A DNA stretch of 24,221 nt from Chiloscyllium plagiosum (Eukaryota), in NCBI RefSeq assembly GCF_004010195.1, contig NC_057719.1, forward strand, positions 42,994,150 to 43,018,370, in the 5' to 3' direction. The first letter of the stretch is position 1, and each line of letters begins with the position of its first letter. Position numbers and translations under genes: made by a program. Below, in pieces: positions 9,946-20,570 of the stretch. The notes beneath the pieces were generated by a model that saw only the letters and a program-made list of their open reading frames with translations, was not told where the DNA came from and did not search any database.

Positions 9946-12625
9946 TTCGTTGAAGCAAATGCAATGTATGCTGCTGGCACATACTGCAGATGAGAGACTG
10001 ATATAGACAGTGCCAAGCAGTAACACGTCCACATCGATGACTACTGACAACTGTGCCAAGCCATGAGCTTTGTATCTGTGCTGAATAGCAAGACAGGACA
10101 GAAGGACAGTGGGCCTTTACGATTTGAATGAGGCAGCAAATTGCAAAAAGGCAAGGTAAGGCAGAGAGGCTGTGAGCACAGTAATGTGAGTGAGCAGTAG
10201 GAGGACAAAAATGGAGTCCTTAGTATATCACAGTCCAATTCATGAGCTGGATGCTTGTCTCTGCACACAGAGTCCCAGGAGTAGCATTCCAATGAAAGGT
10301 TCTAGTGTTCTACAAAGTGCAGCATGGAAGGGATCCATTTTCCAGGGATCAGAGACATGTTATGAGGGTTGAGAGAGGCTGGTCAATGTCCACAGACAGT
10401 GGGAGATAGTGGTTGCGAACCATGGAAGCTGCCTTGAAATGTTGAAGACTGTTGTCCAAGATGGAGGATTTGAGGAGCAAGCAGCAAGCAGCAGTCACCG
10501 GGTACCTGCTCTGACTTTCATGTCTGGAATTCTATCAGTGGGAGAATGGGAACTGCACATCAATTAGACAGAATTATGTAATAACATGCTACTTCATACA
10601 AATGGACTCTAATAAACCTCTCACTACTCACAAACAAGAATTTTGTTTCACCCATCAACCCTTGTTTGGAGAATCATTAATTATTATTCATTAATTATTA
10701 TCTCATTACTGTCAGTTTCACCCTATTTTCACAATTTTCTCACTAACGCCCACATTGTTTGGGACTGGGAAGGTTCTGCCCACAGCATCAGCCTGAGCTT
10801 CTGATTTAATTGTCCAGTGACATTTAAACAATGTAGCCATCTTCTTCCCCTGATCCTGTGGAGCTCCAGGAGTCTAGTGGTGGATAGAGGACCACTATGC
10901 CTAGAGTGAATATCAAAACATCCATATTCCGCTGCACTAATTCACTTACACTCTGATTTGACACCACTGCTTCATCAATGATACTGCAACTATCCAACTG
11001 CTGTTTCCTATTCCTTCCTATCTTGCCCTCATATTTTATACTAGTGTTGTCTTATTTTGCAAAAACAGAAATCATGGAATTGATATGGTATGGAAGGAAG
11101 CTGTTTGATTCATCATGTCTGTGTTGGCTTTCAGCATTGTTTAGTTTTCTCATGGTGGCATACTCCATGTGACGACTCCCAAGGGACATTGGAGGGTCAG
11201 TCATGCCTCAAAATGCTACTTCCTGACTGGTTATTACCGATTTTCTCACGTTGCCACATGCATGTCCCAAAATGAAAAGTACAGAATACTCACCTTGGGA
11301 AACTGTGAAAGATCATTGGTGTGTTTGTAGCACTTGATCCATGCTGTTAGACTGACCCCCACAGTGCTGTGTTTGATCCCTATCAAGTTTCACTTGCTCA
11401 GGTGGCCTGGTCTCCTCTTACTGTCTCTGGGGAAGCGGACCTCTTGTTTTACCCTTGCAGCCTGGACGAAAGTCTGTATCATGGGCCACTCAGGACCTTT
11501 CATCTGCCACATTTATAAATATGTATGGTTTAATGTATTTATTTTTAAATCCCATTCCTTATGCTGCTTTTTTAATAGTGTTCAACTATTTGTTGAACAA
11601 TATTACTGTTCAACTATCCTTGTAAGGACATTTTTATGTAAAATTACATGAAATATTGGCTTCTCTGTCCTCTTCACAGATGCACTGACCTTTATTTTCT
11701 GCTTCTGTTTTGGAATTGTATCTTATTAACAAACTCTGCATTTATCTCCTGGAGCTTTCTCTGTAAAAACAGAACGTAAAAATCTGTCACAATTTATTTA
11801 GAGCTGGCATGCCTTCATATTGCCTTTCAATTAATTAGTACGATTTAATTTTAAAATATGGATCTCAAGGTAAAATTAAATTATACAGAAAAGCCATGTC
11901 TTTTGGAGCTGTGCTCTCATTCATCTGGAAGAAGTTTGAGAAATTATCTTAATGCCATCAGTAGATATGAAGCTCAAGTATCAAAAGAGCTGAAATCAAT
12001 AATGCTGTAAAGAAAGTTAGAGTCAGGTTACAAAAGAGTTGCTGGTAATCTGCAAAGAAATGGAGTCATGCTGTTATTACTGAATCTTTATTTACTGTAA
12101 TGACTGTTAGAATATATAATTTTCTTACATTTGAAGGTCAGATTTAGACAACTTAAAGTTGCCAAACTGCTTATCTTGTTCATTTCAATCCTATGGTTAT
12201 TATTGTCAGCTGCATTAATCTTTGGAGGATTTTAAAAGTTCTTTTTGGAAATACAACAAATAAACAATTTTTTACTTTTCTCTTTGTGATATCTCTGAGG
12301 TTTAATACAACATTTTCCCTGTATTACATACTTGATGTACACCTTCTATGTTTTTTTATTCTTTCAGAAAATATGGGCTTCCTTGGCTGAGCCAGCCTTT
12401 ATTACCTATCCCTAGTTGCACTTGAGAAGATGATGGTGAGCTGCCTTCTCGACCTGCATCCATTTGGTGTAAGTATACCTCCAATACCGTTATAGAGGGA
12501 TGTCTGGGATTTTGATCCAGTGACAGTAAAGGAACAGTGATATATTTCCAAGTCAGGTGGGTAGCTTGGAGGGGAACTTGCAAGTGGTAATGATACCCTT
12601 GCCCTTTGAGATGATAGTGCTGCAG

Positions 12626-12740
12626 TTTTTCCCTAATCAACCAGTTCAGAGATAATATTAGACATCACTAAACAGGTGGTACTTGAACCTGGGCATCCTG
12701 GCTCAGGGTAGGGGCTCTATTACTGCATCACAAAATCCCT
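12626..12740 (-). mobile_element. Short tRNA-derived SINE nested in CR1
   Basis: Minus strand agggattttgtgatgcagtaatag...ccaGGTTCAAGTACCacctg...gattagggaaaaa: A/B-box-like motifs and an A-rich tail. Confidence 0.65.
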
Positions 12741-12887
12741 GTTGAAAGTGCTGCTAAGGAACCTTGGTGAATTTATGAAGTGTAGTGTAGAACATACCCC
12801 TGTTACTACTGTATATTGGTGATTAATTGAGGGAATATTTGTGGATGTGAAGTCAATCAAGCTGACTGCTTTGTCCTAGATTGCCTC

Positions 12888-13183
12888 TCCTCCAACCTAG
12901 TTTACTGTATCCACTGCTCCCAATGTGGCCCTCTGGGGAGACCAAACGTAACTTAAGGGAACGTTTTGCTGAGCACAACAGCTGGGCCCACAGGGGCTGA
13001 CCTGACCTCCCAGTTACCACCCATTTTAATTCCACTTCCCACTCCCTTTCCGGCATGCTTGCCCTTGACCTCCTCCATTGCCACAACAAATCAGATTGCA
13101 AATTGGAGGAACAACACCTCATCTTCCGCTTGGACAGCCTACAACCCGGAGGACTCAATATTGAGTTGTCTAATTTCAAATAA
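12888..13183 (+). pseudogene. Penelope GIY-YIG endonuclease fragment
   Basis: SSNLVYCIHCSQCGP[frameshift, YI lost]GETKRNLRERFAEHNSWAHRG*PDLPVTTHFNSTSHSLSGMLALDLLHCHNKSDCKLEEQHLIFRLDSLQPGGLNIELSNFK*. Shows VY-x-I-x-CxxC, GET, R..EH, HF, E and P.GLN motifs. Confidence 0.88.
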
Positions 13184-13386
13184 CCTCCCTTCTCATCACC
13201 CGACTCTCTTCGAACCCCTCTCCCTCCATTCCATTCCTCTCATTGACCTTCCTTCCAGCTACTTACTGGGTTTGCCCTTCCCATCAACCAACCAGGTCGT
13301 ACCCTCTACCTGTGCTCACTTATCCCCACCTCACCACCCTGCTCCCCACATTCCCTTTATCTGCAACTCCCCTTACACCCATCTCC

Positions 13387-13421
13387 AGTCCTGAAGAAGG
13401 GTTACGCCCAAAATGTTGACT
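13387..13421 (+). ncRNA. Minimal type I hammerhead ribozyme remnant of the Penelope pLTR
   Basis: Stem I AGTC/GACT, core CTGAAGA (13391-13397), extra A, stem II GGGT-tac-GCCC, then AAAATGTT in place of GAAACGTT. Confidence 0.65.
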
Positions 13422-13539
13422 TCTCCACCTCCTGATGCTGCCTGGCTTGCTGTGTTCTCCCAGCCTCCTACTTGTCTACCTTGTCCTTGATCATGTCAAG
13501 TTCATCAAATGTTGATGGAGCCGGACTCATCCAAACAAG

Positions 13540-13723
13540 TCTATTGATTGTTGAAAAGTTTGCGTGAGAGGGTAGCCCATGGCCAGAGGTGATACAAGAT
13601 GGTTGCTCATGTGAAAGCCATACTTGGAATGGTCTCTGGCCTCTCCAAAACATGCAGTAGGGGAGCTCCAAATAAAGATCAATTTGTGTTACTGAACACA
13701 GGACTCAAGACTATTCTCTGACA
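13540..13723 (+). mobile_element. Possible LTR 3' fragment
   Basis: AATAAA at 13671-13676 followed about 50 nt later by ...TGACA, then an abrupt shift to AT-rich sequence. No matching LTR in the window. Confidence 0.2.
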
Positions 13724-14820
13724 TATATCCACAACAATAATTTTTCAAGATTTTATACACACTCATCTCAATAACACTGTGCTTCAGCCATTGTTTCCCA
13801 TATCTCACAACCCTATCGCTCAAGTACTGAGAAAATTACGTTTTTTGACAGAAAGACTGCATTACTGATGTATTTTTCCAAGTTAGTGATTTTATAGTTT
13901 TTGAAGGAACCATATCATCCTTACAAGCAAAAAGCAGGAAATTATATTTGTCATCACTCATGTTCTAATTTATTTGCATCATTTTTTTCTCTTCCCTAGC
14001 TAAAAGGGCAGTAATTGATGTTATTTCTCATTTTTCTGAACATAGGCATTGTAAGATATAGAGATGTTTAAAACCTAAAGGTTTCGCAACCTCTCAGAAC
14101 TCTTCTTTAGCTTTTAATAAAAAACTGCAGATAGATTTACAACCCACTATTAACAAAAATAAGAAATAATAACTTTCCTTTGTACATTGATAAGAAAACC
14201 TATTAAAAAACAAAGACATAAATTCTGATTGCAAACGTCAAAACTATCAACACATTCATATTTCATTCCACACAATGAATACCTGCTTAATAAAATCATA
14301 CACAAAAATCTAGTATAAACATATCAAAAGCTCATTCAGCCCATAATAAATTCTACCCTATATTTTTTATGGCAAAGACTGCTTAATATTTGGACATCTG
14401 TTTATTTGCCTGATTCAATGCTGATACTAGTGAAGGAACAACAGAATCAAACAACCATGTTTTTGCTTGTCATGAAACCATGCTTTTAAATGGGGAAAGA
14501 TGCCAAATAACAAAAAAATCTTCCTCCTCCCTACTAGGTGTTCCACAACAACAATCACCTATCTTAATCTACTTTCTATCAGTACTTCTCAACTATTTAC
14601 ACTTTATTTTGGTGTATAATATGTTCCAGTGCCTCAATGACTGTTTTAAATCCATTAGGTAACTCAAAATAAGCCTGGCCTGTATTTGGAGTATCTACTT
14701 TTGTGTTCCTCTTCTTTCTCTCTATTTTTAACTTCACTAATGCATTCATCTTTTCAGTTTAAATCAGATCAAAACAAATTAAAACTGATGAAGGTCCTAT
14801 CCCAAAATTAACCTCCCTTT

Positions 14821-15172
14821 CATAGAATGATAGAATCCCAATGGTGTAGAAGCAGGCCATTCAACCCATTGAATTCACACTGACCCTCTGAACAGCATCC
14901 CACCCAGTCCCAACCCTTTACACTTTCCCTGTAACCCTGTATTTCCCATGGTTAATTAACCAGGCATGCACATCCTTGGACACTATGGGAAATTTAGCAT
15001 GGCCAATCCACCTAATCTACATATATTTGGACTGTGGGAGGAAACCAGAGCACCCAGAGGAAACACACGCAGACATGGGTAGAATGTGCAAACTGACAGT
15101 TGCCCGAGGGTGGAATCAAACTGAGGTCCCTGACGCTATGAGGCAGCGGTGCTAACCATTGAGCCACCTTGC
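14821..15172 (-). mobile_element. HE1/V-SINE
   Basis: Reverse complement of head (gctaaccattgagccacc), V-domain (aatttagcatggccaatccacctaa...actgtgggaggaaacc) and (ATAGAATG)-like tail. Confidence 0.9.
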
Positions 15173-15182
15173 AATCCCATGG

Positions 15183-15392
15183 TTAAATTGCCATAGTCCT
15201 ACAACACCCAAGGGCTGTTCAGTCATTAGAGAGACAGAACTAATGGTGGTTTAAGCTGAAAGCAACCAGACCGCAGGCAAGGGTTGAGGTTGAAAAGGAA
15301 AGCCCTTCTTGGCAAGCTGGTGTGGGAACTGAGCCCATACTATTGCCATCACTCTGCATTGCAAACCAGCCACCTGGCTAACTGAGTTAATC
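15183..15392 (-). mobile_element. tRNA-derived SINE of another family
   Basis: Minus strand gattaactcagttagccaggtggctggtttgcaatgcagagtgatggcaatagtatgGGCTCAGTTCCcacaccagc: tRNA-like head; tail ...ggactatggcaattta. Confidence 0.6.
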
Positions 15393-15442
15393 CTGAGCTT
15401 GACCTTCGGAAAAGAAGTTTTCTTTTCCACCCAACGTTTTAA

Positions 15443-15748
15443 GGTGGCACAGTGGTTAGCACTGCTGCCTCAATACCAGAGCCTCAGGTTTGATTCCTGC
15501 CTCAGGAATCTGTGTGGAGTTTGCACATTCTCCCCGTGTCTGCGCGGGTTTCCTCTGGGTACTCCGGTTTCCTCTGCACTCCAAAGATGTGCAGGTCAGG
15601 TGAATTGGCCATGCTAAATTGCCCATAGTGTCAGGTGCATTAGCCAGAGGGAAATGGGTCTGGGTGGGTTACTCTTCAGAGGGTTAGTGTGGACTTGTTG
15701 GGCCAAATGGCCTGTTTCCATACTGAAGGGAATCTAACCTAGTCTAAA
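15443..15748 (+). mobile_element. HE1/V-SINE
   Basis: A box TGGCACAGTGG, B box GGTTTGATTCC, tgtgtggagtttgcacattctccccgtgtctgcg, tail ggcctgtttccatactg...aatcta. Confidence 0.92.
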
Positions 15749-16417
15749 TTTAAAAGGAGAAGATCTTGCTAGTGAATGGCAAAAGGCCTATTTGCACACA
15801 TTAACATCTCATTAGTACTTAATCTCACCTCATTTATATGCAGTTTGCTATTTTCTCAGACAGTGGAGAGAAACTAAATGGTGACAATTCTCAATCTGAA
15901 AGTCTGATGAGGTACATGGTGGCTCCAGCTTGCACCTATAAACCTCTCTCTTTGGCAGCATTCTGTAATGTCTTAGGGCATACTTCATGGCAAGTGGCTG
16001 CGCACATCTCTCATTCTACAAAGACTGGCATTGGTCACTCATCAACACCATCAGGTTATCATGATACAGCTCCAATTCACACATAATACAGTTCACCACT
16101 CAATACTGCACCTTGAAGCCGAGTGGCACCTTTCTTTGTAATGCTGCTGCCAGGCCACCATGGGACAGGCAACATTTTCTATTTTGCAATGCCCTATAAG
16201 CTAGCACAACGTGGCACATTCTTATGTTTAATATAAACTTTGGCACAGATGAAGTGATAAATTAAAATCCATTTCTTAATAATATGTAAAACAATTTTCA
16301 TCATCTTTGTTATGGTCAGAGCTCTAATCTCCAACCTTGAATGGGGTTGACATGCACTTGCAGACTATGGGGATTAATTTTCTTCAAATGTAGCTTTAAA
16401 ATGTTATCTTACTGGTA

Positions 16418-16730
16418 CATAGAGTCATAGAGATGTACAGCATGGAAACAGACCTTTTGGTCTAAGTCGTCCATGCCAATTAGATATCCTAAATTAATCT
16501 TGTCCCATTTGTTAGCATTTGGCCCATATCCCTCTAAACCCTTCCCATTCGTGTACCCATCCTGTTGCCTGTTAAATGTTGTAATTGTACCAGCCTCCAC
16601 CTCTTCCTCTGGCAGCTCATTCCATACACACACCATCCTTTGCATGAACAAGTTGACACTTAGGTCCCTTGTAAATCTTTTCCCTCTCACCCAAAACCTC
16701 TGCCCTCTACTTCTGGACTCCCCAACCAAG
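16418..16730 (-). mobile_element. HER1-type CR1 3' end
   Basis: ORF 16409-16729(-) GESRSRGQRFWVRGKRFTRDLSVNLFMQRMVCVWNELPEEEVEAGTITTF is the CR1 ORF2 C-terminus; tail catagagtcatagag. Confidence 0.92.
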
Positions 16731-17557
16731 GGTAATCAAAGACAGGAAGCCATTTTCCAAAAAATGACTCTATATTTTGAGATAGGACCCTGGCTTCACT
16801 ACAGCTGGTTCATGAAAACTGCTGACATGTCTCCCCATCCAAAACAGTTAACAACCTACTTGTAATGATACTGCTTGATAGCAAGTGGTTAATAATTTTA
16901 AACCATCCATTTATGAGGAAGTGACATAGGCAGTCTATTCACTAATCCTCCCTGGAACAAAATTTACTTTATGGTTGTTTTGGCATCTGTGCAATTCCAA
17001 TAAAATCAAAACCAAAATGTATATCAGAGAGAAATGCTGAAATGTGTTTTTGTTTTGCAAATTGATGCTATCACAGCTCAAATATTTAAACATAGAGGAG
17101 CAACATTACTGTTTTAAAGAAGGAATATCTAAAATCTTGCAACAAGTACTTGAATATTTACTGACGATTATGGAATCGGATGCATATTTACTATTCTTTG
17201 CCTCATCATGTAAAACACACTGGCTCCTTCACTGCTGTTTGTTTCGAAAAGATATGATCTATAAATTAAAATGGAACAGTGTAGGATAAAACATAAGGTT
17301 GTACTTAATGAAGGAATTCATAGAACAATATAATGGTATTTGTATGAAATTAAGAATTTCGATGGTTATGACAGCCTAGACATTAGTTACCAATATTAAC
17401 AGATGGCTGTTTAACGCTTCTCTGACATTCCTTTCTATGCATTTTTAGAATATGACTAATTTAATGAAAACAATAAAATTAACACTTGCAATAAATTAGC
17501 AAACATAGACCATGTTTTAAATACCTTATACCTTCATTGTCAATTAAATATCATTCA

Positions 17558-17830
17558 GTTTTTTTTATTCTTTCGATAGGCATCATTGCCAATACCAGTG
17601 TTAATTGCTCATCCCTAATTGTCCTGGAGAAGATGATTGTGAATTGCCTTCTTGAAACATTGCCATTCATGGGGTAGGTAAATATGCAGCTTGGGAATTT
17701 TGACCAGCTATAGTGCAGGAAGGGCGACATAGTTCCAAATTAGGATAATGTGTAACCCTGGAAGGGAATTTACAAATAAGGATGTTCATCACTCTGCTGC
17801 CACCAAGTTCCTGGTTGGTAGGAATCGGGG
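17558..17830 (-). mobile_element. Old CR1-like LINE 3' end (same family as 12351-13530)
   Basis: aattgctcatccctaattgtcctggagaagatgattgtgaattgccttcttgaa...gggaattttgaccag...ggaagggaattt aligns with 12390-12590. Confidence 0.75.
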
Positions 17831-17906
17831 CATGAAAGGTACCATCAACATTGGCTCTGAACATAGCTCTCCTGGTCCTGTTTCCTCTTACTTCTGATGA
17901 CAGCCA

Positions 17907-18108
17907 ATAAGAACATAAGGAGCAGAAACAGGCCACTTTGCCCATCAGGTCTGTATCATCATTCAGTAATAGCATGGTTGATCTCAACACCATATTAAAA
18001 AATTGTCTCTTTTACTTTTGAATATCTATCTCAGCCTCGAATACACTAAATGATACAATCTCTTCAGACCACTGTGATAAAATAAAATCTACAGTTTCAC
18101 TACCCTCT
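17907..18108 (-). mobile_element. CR1 LINE 3' end, decayed
   Basis: ataagaacataaggagcagaaacaggcca tail; tctatctcagcctcgaatacact is the reverse complement of the 6240-6262 motif. Confidence 0.7.
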
Positions 18109-18121
18109 CATGTATGATGGA

Positions 18122-18238
18122 GGAGGTGATGGCCTAGTGGCATTATTGTTGGACTGTTAATCTCAAGACCTGAGTAATGTCCTGGGGACCAGGGTTTGAA
18201 TCCTGCCATGACTGATGGTGGAAATTAAGTTCAATAAA
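18122..18238 (+). mobile_element. tRNA-derived SINE head (family related to 3945-4562), 3' part absent
   Basis: A box TGGCCTAGTGG, B box GGTTTGAATCC, then gatggtggaaattaagttcaataaa (cf. 4030-4062). Confidence 0.75.
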
Positions 18239-18656
18239 CAATGGTAGGGTCCTGGGGAGCGTTGTCAAACAGAGAGACCTAGGGGTGCAGGTACATAGTA
18301 CTTTGAAAGCGGCATTACAAGTGGACAGGATGGTGAAAAAGGTATTTAGCACGCTTGACTTAATTGGTCAGAGCATTGAGTACAGGAGTTGGAACATTAT
18401 GTTATGGCTGTACAAGACATTGGTAAGGCCACATTTGGAGTACTGCATTTATGGAACAAGCTGCCAGAGGAAGTAGTAGAGGTGAGTACAATTACAAAAT
18501 TTGAAAGACATTTCGACAGGCACATGGATAGGAAAGATTTAGAGGGATATGAGCCAAATGCAGGCAATGGGACTATGAGTTTTGGAAAGCTAGTCGGCAT
18601 GGACAAGTTGGGCTGAAGGATCTGGTTTTGTGCTGTAAGACTCTATGACTGTATAA
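18239..18656 (+). mobile_element. HER1-type CR1 ORF2 3' fragment with internal deletion
   Basis: NGRVLGSVVKQRDLGVQVHSTLK...LYKTLVRPHLEYCI joined at ~18450 to WNKLPEEVVEVSTITKFERHFDRHM; tail gactctatgactgtat. Confidence 0.9.
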
Positions 18657-18859
18657 AATATGTTGGGAAATGTGGATGGTAACAGGCTGGTGCAGCAAGC
18701 AATTAGGAAAGCAAACATTGACCTTCATTGCAAGAGGATGAGAGTTTGCTTCCTTGAAGATGACATATATTAATAATCCCTTATTATTTATTATATTTTG
18801 ATTATTAAAGCTGTACAACTCAATCTGTTAGTGTACTCATCTAGTTTCAAGGTCAGGCA

Positions 18860-19440
18860 TTTTAGAATAGAACAGTAATTTATTTTACTTTTCACAAAAA
18901 GAATAGTGAAAAGTGTTTAAGTCACCAAATCACAATTCCTATATTAATAACAGAAGGCAAAGATAAGAAAAAATAAATTAAGACAAAATCCATCTTAGTT
19001 CAATTCATGGCTCCTGGGTTCAGGAAAAGACAATACGACTGCAGAAAGCCAATGAAACTGCCACGGAAGAAGACCACTATGCTGGGCTGCTGGAATACCG
19101 ACCAGGTTGCTAGATTCTGCAAAAGCCGCCCCAAGGACCAACCTTGTCGCTGCAGCTGGCCAACCATGCCAGCCACTAGAATCACGAGCCACACAACTCG
19201 GCAGAATCTTGAAGCCGTCTCCAAGGACCTATTTTGTTGCTGATGTTGGGCCGGAAGATGTCGCAGAAGCCGCCCAAGGAATCCCATGCTGTTGAATACT
19301 GGGCCGAAACTAGCTCATTGCCAAAGCCACCACCAACCTAGATGGATGGAATCCTGGGCCATGCTGCCAAAGATGCCAAAGCAGACCACAGCCAGATGCA
19401 GCCACAATGGCCATGAGGAAATGCTGCTGTAGCTGCCTGA
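18860..19440 (-). mobile_element. Unclassified GC-rich, probably non-autonomous retroelement with internal degenerate repeats
   Basis: CpG-containing tract 19010-19440 within AT-rich DNA. The left flank has tttatt (AATAAA on minus) and 'agtgaaaagtgtttaagtcacca', reminiscent of shark retroelement tails. Confidence 0.35.
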
Positions 19441-20365
19441 AACATCTGTCCTTCACCAAAGCTGCAGCACAAACAGGAATTATTTTTAAATTGGATAATT
19501 TGCAAAATCAGAACCAAAATAGGACAGGAAGAATTTAAATAATCTTGGTCTCCAGATTTTTAAATTAGCTGAAGTTGAATGGATGTGGTTGATTGTAGGC
19601 CTGCAGAGGAACTTTGAAACAGGCAGCAGAAAAGCAACCGATAATAATCACTCCAAAAGGTTTTAAAATGATAAAGATTTAATTAAGCAGTTACATATTC
19701 CACAAATACAAAGAAAAACTAAATCTCACTCAAAAGAACACCAGTAATTATCTACATCCACATAATTATAACAAATCAGATTATGCCAACTTGGTTGTCA
19801 AAGAGAAACTAATTAAAATGTTGCCTTAAAATCCTCTTTGGGTTCTATTCACAAATAGTTATTTCTCAAACATTTTGTGATTCATCTAGCCATCTAGAAA
19901 GCTGTTTAGATCAGATTAGGGTGGTGAATTGACTTTGACTAATTTAATATAGGTCATTCAATGCATTAGTGAATTTCTTTTATCCTAATCCTTGGAGGGC
20001 AACTATCATTTTACTATTGCAGAACAAAAATGACATCATACTTCATGATAACTTAAATATCTATTAGCTACAAACAATTTAATCTTCAGTTAGGTATCGT
20101 AAAACACGCCCATTCCTAGGTCTGAACATACTAATGGCACATAACAACTTGGAAGCAATTCCACTTTATATGATGCACCTTAATTACATTACTAAGCATT
20201 AGCACATACTCACAATGACACTGGTTGCTTAGAAGGCTCATACACAATGGTCTGCCATAGATGGTCAATCCATCAACAGATCTGCTGGGGCAATTTTAGC
20301 ATAGAGTCCTAAATTCAAGGATTTTTAATACCCTTTCTCTTGCTGTGACTGTAATACTTATTTTA

Positions 20366-20570
20366 AATAAGAACAAAAAACAATAGATATTGGAGATTTG
20401 AAATTAAAACAGAAAGTGCTGGAGAAACTCAGCTGGTCTGGTAACATCTGTGGTGAGAGAAAGTGTTGATATTTTGAGTTCAAGAGTCACATCATATTCA
20501 AAAATTAATGCTGTTTCTCTCATTACAAATGTTGCCAAACCTGCTGAGTTTCTTCAGCACTTTCTTTCTG
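20366..20570. mobile_element. Two Penelope-like termini in inverted orientation
   Basis: Arms 20411-20462 and 20514-20565 are reverse complements at 45/52 positions; both match 3470-3520. Confidence 0.8.

Larger units (their letters stand above)
12882..13480 (+). mobile_element. 5'-truncated Penelope-like element (GIY-YIG C-terminus, pyrimidine-rich UTR, pLTR with hammerhead)
   Basis: GIY-YIG remnant at 12888-13183; flanked by near-perfect TSD TTGTCCTAGAT (12871-12881) / TTGTCCTTGAT (13481-13491). Confidence 0.9.
12351..13530 (-). mobile_element. Old CR1-like LINE 3' region hosting two nested insertions
   Basis: Tail gccagcctttattacctatccctagttgcacttgagaagatgatggtgagctgccttct. Body continues at 12741-12881 and 13481-13530; homologous to 17558-17830 (-) and 21163-21396 (+). 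Confidence 0.8.

Noticed and set aside
11690..11760. Minus-strand peptide RKLQEINAEFVNKIQFQNRSRK resembling homeodomain helix 3
   Set aside because: It lacks the invariant Trp and the rest of the domain, ends in a stop, and overlaps a probable decayed repeat.
14785..14815. CTGATGA as another hammerhead (also ctgatga near 15905)
   Set aside because: The 14785 motif may be a Penelope remnant, but its stems and GAAA are not recoverable. The 15905 motif has no supporting stems.
15443..15500. Functional tRNA genes at SINE heads (also 1978, 3945, 18122)
   Set aside because: A/B boxes run into SINE bodies with LINE-like tails, and no complete cloverleaf can be built.
15860..15912. Plus-strand mini-exon candidates (also 3235-3269)
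   Set aside because: The acceptors are plausible but the donors are weak (GTACAT, GTATTG), and the peptides are unrecognisable.
19120..19340. CRISPR-like repeat-spacer array
   Set aside because: The repeats are degenerate, unevenly spaced and few, there are no cas genes, and the context is vertebrate DNA.
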